A stretch of DNA of 63,960 bases, from positions 124,001 to 187,960 of the forward strand of contig NW_005434666.1 of assembly GCF_000315625.1 (NCBI RefSeq), in the 5' to 3' direction. Shown here piece by piece: positions 51,505-63,960 of the stretch. Under the pieces are notes generated by a model. The model had not been told where the DNA came from. It did no database searches and saw only the letters and a program-made list of their open reading frames with translations. Numbering within the stretch: position 1 is the stretch's first letter; every line of letters starts with the position of its first letter. The position numbers and the translations under genes are program-made. The DNA comes from Guillardia theta CCMP2712. Taxonomy: Eukaryota; Protista; Cryptophyta.

Positions 51505-51577
51505 GGGTTTGTGGCGCAGTTGGGAGCGCGTTAGACTGAAGATCTAAAGGTCCTGTGTTCGATCCACGGCGAGCCCA
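51505..51577 (+). tRNA. trnF: tRNA-Phe (GAA), intronless, no encoded CCA
   Basis: GGGTTTG TG GCGC AGTTGGGA GCGC G TTAGA CTGAAGA TCTAA AGGTC CTGTG TTCGATC CACGG CGAGCCC A forms a full 73-nt cloverleaf with A and B boxes. TATATATA lies ~35-40 nt upstream. Confidence 0.93.
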
Positions 51578-51854
51578 GAAGCTGAATATGGCTTCTGCAA
51601 CCAAAGTGGGACCCCTTGCTTTTTAACCGGACGGGCTCAGCTGCCTCAGATCTGCTCTGCCTCCTGTTACCTTTTTGATTGGTGGTTGGATCTACTCTGC
51701 CTCCTGTTTTCCGTTAGTAGCCTGTACAACGAAAAGGTTCTTGTAAGTGATGGAAGAGGACAAGACAAAAGACAGGAAGTTTATCTTTTGTCAGCACAAG
51801 TACCTAGAACCAGATACATCTTGTAGGATTCAGGCCCACTCAGAAAACTTGTGA

Positions 51855-52175
51855 CCGTGCCGCCCCGGTAGCCGCCCGGAGTCTGCGCGGCCGGGCTCGC
51901 GGGGCCCCGGCGTCAGACCAGGCCGGGCTTGAAGACCGACAGTGACTGGCCGCACTGCGGCAGTGTTGGCTGTGGTATGCCGGGTACTGAGCGGGCTCAG
52001 TACCACGCCGTGACGGCCCCAGCCCGCGGCCGCGTGGAGCCTGATCTTGAGCCGCGCCGGGCCCGCCGGCCCGGCGGGCCGGCGGGCCGGATCATGATCG
52101 GATCATGATCGGACGGACGGAGGCTGCCAGCCGGGCCTGACGGTCACTGAGTCAGTGAGTCACGGTGGCACCGTA
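51855..52175. promoter_or_regulatory. CpG/CCGG-rich island with perfect inverted repeat and tandem motifs
   Basis: ggcccgccgg-c-ccggcgggcc (52060-52080), ggatcatgatcggatcatgatcgga and tgagtcagtgagtca; upstream of the C2 gene. Confidence 0.4.
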
Positions 52176-52686
52176 AGTTTGACTAGGCCAATCAAACGGC
52201 AGGTCGTGGTGGCTGCGGCATGCCGCAGCAGCAGTAGAAGGCAGGCTGAAGGGAAACACGCGGCGGCGATGACGCTCAGCGGTAGGCTGACGTGCTCGCA
52301 TAAGTAAATCAGCTAGTGGAGAAGATGAGCCTAGATGTGAAGATGAACTTGAAGAGGAAGCTGAAGGCATGAAGTGGTAGGGAAGAATGATGATTTTCGA
52401 CTCGATTTGTAGTTTGTCATCTGTACATGTTCATGTGTCTGAGATGGTGAAGCATCACGATGTAACATGGACTTGGATGCATGTTGTTCATGTCTGATTG
52501 TCTTGGTTCAACAATACCTTTTGTAGATGTTCCTCCAGTTGCACTGTTCAGTCTAAAGAAATGCTCGTGTTTCAGGAGAACGTTTCGTTTCAACTTCCAT
52601 CTCCGAACGAGGTCGGATGAGCTTACCAAGTGAAAACAACCCCTCGTAGCACACCCAGCAGCAGACGAGTTCAACGCTGACCAGCT

Positions 52687-55694
<3,008 letters not shown>

Positions 55695-56089
55695 AATCAT
55701 GGTGAGAAAGGAAGAGGAGGAAGAGGACGAGAATGAGGAGGAAGAGGAGGACGAGGAAGAGGAGGACGAGGAAGAGGGCGAAGACGAGGACGTCCAAATT
55801 TTGTCTGCTTTAGTATTTACATCAACATCGCAATACACCAGCGTGCTTTTCATCCCCGACCAGCTGCTCCTTCTCTCCTGCTCCTGCTCCCGCTCCTGCT
55901 CCTCCCCCTCCCCCGTCCTCCTCTCCCTCCTCCTCCTCCGCTGTTTCCACGCGCTCACGCTGNNNNNNNNNNNNNNNNNNNNNNNNNNNNNNNNNNNNNN
56001 NNNNNNNNNNNNNNNNNNNNNNNNNNNNNNNNNNNNNNNNNNNNNNNNNNNNNNNNNNNNNNTAAATTGAAGGGAGAGGGGAGAGAGGG

Positions 56090-56325
56090 GAGAGGAGAGG
56101 AGGGGAGAGGAGAGGAGAGGAGAGCAGAGGAGAGGAGAGCAGAGCAGAGTAGAGTAGAGCAGAGTAGAGTAGAGTAGAGTAGAGTAGAGCAGAGCAGAGC
56201 AGAGCAGAGGAGAGCAGAGGAGAGGAGAGGAGAGGTGAGGAGAGGAGAGGAGAGGTGAGGTGAGGTGAGCAGAGGAGAGGAGAGGAGAGGAGAGGAGAGG
56301 AGAGGAGAGCAGAGCAGAGCAGAGG
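56090..56325 (+). repeat. Compound pentamer satellite (AGAGG/AGAGC/AGAGT)n
   Basis: Tandem 5-mers with single-position variants, adjacent to an assembly gap. Confidence 0.9.
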
Positions 56326-56339
56326 CTGATTGAGGAGGG

Positions 56340-57422
56340 CAGGGGAGTTACCGTTGGCTTGCGGGGGTTCGAGTTCCTGTTCTTGCCCGCCTTACCCGCG
56401 CCCTCCTCCTCCTCCCTCACCCTCCCATCTCTGTCAACGTGCCCGCGGTCGACAACCCAGCGAACGATGTCGACGAAGTTCATGCTGGAAGCTCTTCGGA
56501 GGATTTTGAGCCAAACAGAGTCCCCTTCCTCCTCCTCCTCCTCCCTGCCTCTCTCCTCTGTCTCCTCGTCCTCCTCTTCCTCCTTCTTGCCCTTGTCTCG
56601 AGGTCCCTCCTCCTTCTGCTCCTCCTCCTCCATCGGCCATGGCCCAACACTGTTCCGCAGGTAGTCGACGTAGGTGGCAAGCTGTGGCCGGGCAAGGAGC
56701 TCGGCAGGAGCAAAGACCCCGAGCAGCTCCCCAAACTCCCCCTGCTCCTTCCCCACCTCTCTCGCGTCCTCCGCCTCCTCGCACGCCTGCACAAACTTCT
56801 GATGCAGCTTCCTGCATGCTCGCAGGGCCGCGAGAGAGTCTCCCCCCAGCTCCTGGAAGTGCCACCAGCTGCAGGTCCTCGTGAGAAGGAGAAGGGGCAG
56901 AGCAGGCGAAAAGAGGAGAGGGAGAGAGGAGGAGAGGGAGAGAGGAGGAGAGACAGAGAGGAGGAGAGACAGAGAGGAGAGGAGGAGAGAAGGAAAGCAG
57001 AGACGGAAAGGAGGAGAGGAGGAGAGCAGAGGAGAGGGGGAGAGACAAGGGGGGAAGGGAGGGAAGTTGAGGGAAAGAGGAGGCGAGCCAAGAGGACTGG
57101 AGACAGCAAGGAGCCTTTCTCACCTACGACATCGCGCATCGATTCTCCCCGCCGTCAGCTCCTCTGCCCAGCACACAGCAACGCTCTTCGTCCATCCTTC
57201 CTCCTCGTCAGTCCCTCAATCGCTTCACGCATGCCTTACCATCCAACTTGGTCTGCTTGCCGACAGTCTCCTCCTCCTCCTCCTCTCTTCATGTCAGCCC
57301 GGGCACTCCCTTCCTCTGCTCCTTACCGTGAACATGGTGAACCTTCTTTGCAGCTCTTCCTCCACCGTCTCCTTCAAGGATGCTCTGACAGACTCTCTCA
57401 CTCTCCTCCTCGTCCTTCTGCT

Positions 57423-57478
<56 letters not shown>

Positions 57479-57552
57479 CTCCTGCCTCCTGCCTCCTGCC
57501 TCCTGCCTCCTGCCTCCTGCCTCCTGCCTCCTGCCTCCTGCCTCCTGCCTCC

Positions 57553-57584
<32 letters not shown>

Positions 57585-60504
57585 CTCCTGCCTCCTGCCT
57601 CCTGCTCCTGCTCCTCCTGCCTCCCGCTCCTGCTCCTGCTCCTGCTCCTGCCTCCTGTTCCTCCACCTCCACCTCCAATGCATCTCTGCCTTTTCTGAAG
57701 GCGAACACAAGGAGAGGAGAGTGATAGGAATAGTGTCTTGACTTCTACTGTCTGCTACCCTCCCTTCCCCTCCTCTCCTCTCCTCTCCTCTCCTCTCCTC
57801 CTCTCCTCTCCTCCTCTCCTCTCCTCCTCTCCTCCTCTCCTTGTTTCCTCATCGCTATTTTGCCACAATTATATGTTAGATGTTGACGCACCACCAGATC
57901 TTTGAAGGTACTGGATTGCAACTTGACCCAATCAGCAAACATGTTCTCGTCGACTCCAAGTAAGCATTCAACATCAAAACCAAATTAACAGTTGTGGTCA
58001 AGATTTAGCTAATTGTTGTCATCTATTCATGATCACGATTATAATGATGATGTTGAGATGATGATGAATTGAGGAATACAAAAATTGAGAGTTCATGGAG
58101 ACAGCATGGACTGCGACGATAGAAATCTGACAACATTTTTCAGGTTGCAAACGAATATCGAGGTTTGTAACTGACAATGTCTGACGTTCTTTCATCTCAC
58201 ACACAAGCAAGAATGTGTTTGCTGTAGGAGACATTATCAAGTTTCCGCAGACCTTCGGGGAAGAACTCACAGTACAGGAGCATGTGACTCACGCGAGAGC
58301 GTCTGGCAAGGTGAGAGGGAGAGGGAGGGAGGGAGGGAGGGAGGGAGGGAGGGANNNNNNNNNNNNNNNNNNNNNNNNNNNNNNNNNNNNNNNNNNNNNN
58401 NNNNNNNNNNNNNNNNNNNNNNNNNNNNNNNNNNNNNNNNNNNNNNNNNNNNNNTTCACCTGATCAGCTCTTTCAGCAGCTGCTCCCTGCATGACTTCCT
58501 CTCCTGCACCGCATGCACAGCCCTCGAGTCGAGAATCTCCTCCTCCTGCTTCTCCTCCTGCTGCTCTCCCTCCGCAGCATCCTTGCAGACTGCAGCTAGG
58601 ACTGCCCTCCCTCTTTGCTGGACGGAGACCACAACACAGGAGGAGAGCAGCGGCGACGAGAACGACGCAACCACGTCTTCCGTCTCCCCAACCTCGACTC
58701 TCTTCCCGTTGATCTTCACCTGGCAGTCCCTCCTGCCCCGAAGGCTCCATCCTCCTGCCGTAGCGCAGGCGATGTCCCCCGTCCGGAAGCAAGGCCCCAA
58801 CGTAGGATGCGGAACGAAGCGCTCCTGCGTCAGCTCCGGGAGGAGGAGGTACCCCAGCCCCACCTGCGGCCCAGCGATCCAGATCTCTCCCTCCTCCCCG
58901 CTCCCCTCCTCCACAAGATGCGACGGGTCCGATCCGTCCCCTGCCACCAGCAGCAGCATGTTGTCTCCTATTGCCCTCCCAATGCTCTTAGTGTCCCCTC
59001 CTCTCCTCATCCTGCTGCAGCTCTGGTACACCGCACACTCCGTCACCCCGTACACGTTCAGCAGCAGCACCTCCTCCCCCCACTCCTCCACAAGGCTCTG
59101 CCTCATGCTCTCTCCTCCTAGCGCCACCACCCTCAGGTCCTGGAGGTCCGCAGGGCCGAGACTCCCGTGGAGGGAGAGGAAGAGGGTGGGTGTTGTGAGC
59201 AAGTGGGAAGCTCGAAATTCCTGGAGGCACTTTCCCAACGAGGACAGGATCGTTCTCTTGGACGCCACACACAGAACGCCTCCTGCCATCCACGTGGAGA
59301 AGATATCGCCCAGGCAAGGGTCGAAGGTGTGCGGTGAGGCGAGAAGGCAGGAGGAAGAGGAGGAGAACTCGAAGACCTCGTTCCTCGCCCTGCAGTAGCG
59401 CAGCAGCGCCGTCTCGCCGACGACGCATCCCTTAGGAAAGCCTGTCGAGCCGCTCGTGAAGTAGATGTGCGATATCCGCTCTCCCTCCTCCACCTCCTTC
59501 GACTTGACCTCCTCCCTCTGCACCTGATGTTGGCAGCGTTCAATGACAGTGAGCAGAAGGGAAGGAGGAGGAAAGAGAGGAGGGAGGAGTGGAGGAGAGA
59601 GGAGCGAAGATCGACAGGATAGGGAGAGAGGAAAGCAGGAGGAGGAGGGTGCAGGAGGAAGGGAGTCGATTGAGCTGAGATGAGAAGGTCACAACCGGTG
59701 ACGGCTCGACATCGAGGGGAAGGAGCTGGGAAACTAGCAATACAGCTGGAGGGCGGATGCCAGCAGCTGCCGCTGCTTGCTGGACCCTCCTCGCCGTGCT
59801 CCCGTCCTTCAAGATCACCACCAGCGGCCTCGTGTGCTGGCCAGCCTTGGAGTGAGCAGGAGCAGCAGATACAGTTATCTTACTGCCAGCATCTTCGAAA
59901 GCCGGGACTCAGTCTCCAGGGGATCGAAGGGACAAATCGTGAAGCCCGCTATGAGAACTCCGAGAAAGCACTGGAGACGGACAGCAGAGTTAACGTCTCC
60001 TCCCTCCCCTCCCCTCCCTTACCTCCCCTCCCCTCCCTTTCCTCCCTTTCCTCCCTTTCCTCCCCTTCCTCCCCTCTCGCGCCTACCAGGGGGAGGTAGG
60101 GCCCTTCGTCGACGAAGACGCCTACAACTTTGGGACAAGTAGAATCGCATGAAGAGCGCTTCTCCCTCCCCTGACTGACAAGCTCTGCGATCAAGCTTGC
60201 CCTGCGTCTTGTCAGGAGGAGCATGCAGCGGGTTACCATGGGCGCCTACCTCTCCCAGATCTGGCTGTACGTCATGTGCTGCATCCTCCCGCGGCTCTCT
60301 GGCAGCCATGACATCCCAATGGCATTGGGGGATGCCCTCACCTTGCAGCCAGTCAGCCTCGCGACTCTCTGAGCCATCGCCTTCCTCCGCTCTTCTTCTT
60401 CCTCCCTGTCTCATCTACCTCCTCCCTCCTCCTTCCTCCTTCCTCCCTCCTCCCTCCCATGCGCATCGCCGCCTTACCGCCGCCTCCACCGCTGCCGTCA
60501 CCAT
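56340..60504 (-). CDS. Stand-alone NRPS-like protein (AASDH/ACSF4-like adenylation domain + PCP/thiolation domain + ankyrin-like C-terminal region); gapped, 3' end uncertain
   Basis: A2 IAGFTICPFDPLETESRL; A3 HIYFTSGSTGFPKG; A4 LASPHTFDPC; A5 NVYGVTE; A6 GEIWIAGPQVGLGYL; A7 FRTGDI; A8 GRRDCQVKINGKRVE. PCP VCWAEEL..|..HFQELGGDSLAALR at ~56820-56865. LRRASSMNFVDIVRWVVDRG..TPL is ankyrin-like. Confidence 0.8.
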
Positions 60505-60574
60505 AGTCCACGTGAAGTTACTGCCCCCGCCCCTCAAATCTCCACTCGAGAGAAATTTATAGCACGAAGTGCTG

Positions 60575-60965
60575 TCCCGCGGTAGTAGCCGCTGGACCGG
60601 GCCCGGCGGTGCCGTCAGCTGCCAGCGGGCCGGGGACCCGGGCCGCCAAGGCCCGCCGGACTAGTCACCGGCGAGCGGCCGCTTGCAACGTTCAACGGTT
60701 GGTTCACACACTGAATAGGTCGGAAGGGTCACCATGCCAGTGCCGAATTGAAACTAGGCTGGCACCGCTGAACGGCGGGGCCCCCAGGCGGGCTGCCCCC
60801 GCTTCCGAAGCGGCTGTACTCAGTGTACGATTGACACGGACGGTCCGAGGGCCCGGGCCGGACGCTATACCGTCCGATCGCCGGGTAACCCGGTTAGGGG
60901 CCCGGCCGGCCCGGGGGGACTCAACTTGCCGCACTGCCGTGAGGCTCCCGATGACGGTTACGCAG
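60575..60965. promoter_or_regulatory. CpG/CCGG-rich island in divergent spacer
   Basis: ccgggcccgg, cggtccg and ccggccggcccgg runs between the NRPS-like ATG (-) and the downstream + strand gene. Confidence 0.4.
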
Positions 60966-61185
60966 CGTTAAAAGGGATCCTTTCTACTGAAGGTGGTGGG
61001 GGTCAATTTGTTACGGGTGGTTTGAGAATTTGCTGTATAAATATAGGATAAAGGGGGGTGATGACATGGTATTGTAGGGGTGAATATTCAATGAAGGGGG
61101 TGGGTATTTGAATCAGAGGGTAAGGGTAGCAGATGGTTATTGCCATGGCAGTGAGGGTGTAGGTCACAAGTCGCGAGTTCCTGCA

Positions 61186-61239
61186 TGGCGAGGAGGAGGA
61201 GAAGGGAGAAGAGCGACGACTGCAGAAGAGGATCAGAGT

Positions 61240-61278
<39 letters not shown>

Positions 61279-62990
61279 ACAGGATCACCAGGATGCGATC
61301 AGAACGAGAGTAATGTCGGAGCCAGAAGCCGGGAATATGGCGGGAAGAAACGGAGGGGTAGAGGTTGATAGGCGGGTGCCTGGTTGCCAGCGGCAGGAGT
61401 TGTGGGGCAGCAGGATAAGACGATACGTGTAGTGAGTTAGAGGGAGAAGGGGCAGAGATGCAAAGATTCACACAAGCATTTTTTCAAGGAGATGCAGGAT
61501 TACATTGCCAACTACCAAACAAGAACTCTCGCTGAAAGCCGACAAGAGGATGCGAACTGATGTCTCTCTGTACTTGTGGTTACTGTCGAAACCATATGAG
61601 CAAGCTGTATTTTCTGTCTGCACATGTTTTTTCAATGTGATCGGAAGCTTTGTTGAGGATCTGACCGACCTTCTCCAGCAAGGGCAGAGAACAAATGTCG
61701 TCGAACTGCCGTAACTACCACCGTCTTGCATGAGGATGGTTTGTGTTGTGATCACATGATGTAGGTCGACAATGTTTCGTTGTCTTGCTCGCGTGCTTGA
61801 CCTCGCAAGGATGGGCCTTCATGTGTGGAATGCACGGTGAGAACAGCTGTTTACTGTCTATCGGGAGCCTGAAGGTTTTCCTCTCACTTTCAGCATCAAG
61901 CAAACTGTGTGGAGGTCGACTGCTGTCAGACTGCTGCCAGCGACGTTCAGGCAGAGGTCACCTTGAGGTGCGGAGCAGCCTGACGGGAGGTAAGAGGTGA
62001 CAGCAGTGCCGAGGGTTGTTCCTGACATGTTTTTCATAGAGTGTCGGAGGAACAACTTCCATCCTCCGCATCGAGCTCGATCGGCATCGTTGCTAGCGGT
62101 CTGTCGTCGACTGTTGAGTGTCCAAGGAGCGCTCATCATTCTGGGACAGCACGAAAGCCGGTCTGTCTCTCGATCGGCGGGGGCAGTGCTCAAAGAAACA
62201 GTTGTGCGATCGTGGGAATGGATGCGAACAGGTAAACTGTCACAGCGATCGGGACAGATCCGCTTGTTGCCTATCGCAGCATCTCACTGGCGACACAGTT
62301 GTAGCAAGACTTCTTGTCCTCACCGTCTTGACCTTCTCGATGTTGAGCCCGAAGGACATGTCGTCTCCCGCCTTTCTCTTCTGGGTGATGAGAGGCTTGA
62401 TGGTGATTGGAGCAAGGGGCTGAAACATGTGAAAGAAATCGCAACCTGCGAAGCAGGAGCTGGTGGTGGAGGCGAAAGCTCCTCCTGGGTCAGCCCTGCC
62501 CACCTCTACAGGACCAAACTCCCCGCTGATGTTGATAGCAGCGGAAGCCTGTTGCTGGAAAACATCGCCGTGCCTGAGATCAAATTAAGCAGGTGAGGTC
62601 TTTGCAGCTCGTGGAGGAGGGTTCATAGGGACTGAAGCTAGTTCAAGGGAAAACCAGCTGGTTACCTTCTGGAAGCAGCAGTCCCTGCTGAAGAAATCCC
62701 TTATTTCCATCTTCTCCTGTATCCTCTGTGATCCCCGACTTGTCAAACCGTCCTGTCGAGTTGACCCCCTCCCCCTGCAGTCTTGCCCGTCCTGTCCCGC
62801 GTTGCCCGCATGTTCTTCCTCATCTCAAAATCTCTGCAGAAGGCTCCGCTGTTTCAGGTCGTCCTCCCCTGCTCATGCCTCCCCGTCCCCTGACGCGACA
62901 CGTTCAGCGAGAGAGCGTCCGTGTCATGATGGTGCAGGTTGTGTTGGTCGGGGATGAGGCCGCTAGGGTGCAGAAGGTTCCTTCTCCTCC

Positions 62991-63037
<47 letters not shown>

Positions 63038-63805
63038 CTCGTCCTCGTCCTCCTCCCTCTTCCACCTCGTCCTTTCCCCCTTCCTCCCTCGTCCCCCCCC
63101 CTCCTCGTCGTGCTCTTCATGCCTCATCCTCCCTCCTCTCCCTCCTTGCCCTGTTCCTCGTCCTCCTTTCTCTCCTCGTCCTCCTCGTCGTTTTTTCCTC
63201 GCCTTCCTCCTTGTCCTCTTCGTCCTTCCTCTTGGGACAGAAAGGTGACCAGGCTCCACAGCGCTTCAAGGAGCTTTCCTTCCGCCGCGACGAGCTCGCC
63301 GATCGTATGCGATGGGCTGTGCGCAATGACGTGACGCTCAAAGATGCCGAGAGGTCCTACAACTTTCTCCTCGCTCCCCTTCCCTTCCCTTTCCTTCCCT
63401 TCCCTTTCCTTCCCTTCCCTTCCCTTCCCTTCCCTTCCCTTCCCTTCCAGCCCTTCCCTTCCAGCCCTTCCCTTCCTGCCCTTTCGTCCCCTGATCTCTC
63501 GATGTCCTCCTCTTTCGTCTCCTCCTGTCCATCTTCTCCTGACCTGTCATGCTCCCTGTACAGAGCCGTGGAGGAGCACGAGGGTGACGGGATGGTACGC
63601 GAGGTCTTCCGCTTGCTTGCTAGTCATGCAGCAGCAGGGAGAGGCTGCTGTCCTCCGGCAGGCAGCTCGGATGCTGCTGAGCTCGCGGCAGGGCGGGTGG
63701 GTTGCAGGGAAGGTGGAGGTGAACTCGTTCCGTCTGTCCGAGACTCTTGATGCTCAGGAGGAGTTTTTTTCGCGCTGCTCCAAGGTGAAGCACTTGATGA
63801 GATGA
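61186..63805 (+). CDS. Hypothetical multi-exon protein
   Basis: A chain of GT-AG-bounded open segments (61499-61711, ~61810-61967, ~62040-62592, ~63240-63353, ~63563-63805) separated by microsatellite introns. No family recognised and boundaries uncertain. Confidence 0.35.
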
Positions 63806-63960
63806 AGGGAATGAGAGAGGACGAGATGTGGTCGGGGAGGGGGCAAAGAGTTGAGGGAGGAAGGGAAGGAGATGGGAAGAGAGAGAGAGAGGAGGAGGGA
63901 CGGGACAAGGCGGGCACGGGGGACGAGACGGACGGCGAGGGGTACGGGGACAAGGACGAC

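Noticed and set aside
51655-51710. Short direct repeat ctctgcctcctgtt x2 downstream of the tRNA, as a SINE, integration scar or CRISPR
   Set aside because: Only two 14-bp copies; no poly-A tail, att duplication or spacer array; eukaryotic context.

Overview
Eukaryotic nuclear scaffold: intron-rich, with short GT-AG introns, many microsatellite-filled introns and five N gaps. The style, plus a bipartite signal+transit presequence, suggests a secondary-plastid alga, probably a cryptophyte such as Guillardia (inference). About 13 protein genes lie in almost strictly alternating orientation, plus one tRNA-Phe(GAA). The dominant feature is a ~26 kb gene (5.3-31.6 kb) encoding a giant polycystin-1-like membrane protein: signal peptide, ~45 extracellular filamin-type Ig repeats with Cys-rich inserts, a REJ region, a GPS with intact HL|T, and only five TM helices. 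It has no PLAT domain and no TRP-channel module. Other unusual architectures are a 3xTudor-like/PAM2/RRM/degenerate-Hsp70 fusion, an AASDH-like adenylation-PCP protein with an ankyrin-like tail, a type-I membrane C2 protein with a 10-Cys ectodomain, and a micro-exon small-peptide gene. More ordinary genes are a plastid-targeted helical-repeat (HPR/OPR/FASTK-like) protein, a Methyltransf_24-like enzyme, a DedA/VTT protein, ATG10, a tetraspanin and a 3xKH NOVA/BTR1-like protein. Upstream spacers repeatedly carry GGGGTAGGG/TACCCC tracts and CpG-rich palindromic islands. Exon boundaries were read by eye and are approximate.
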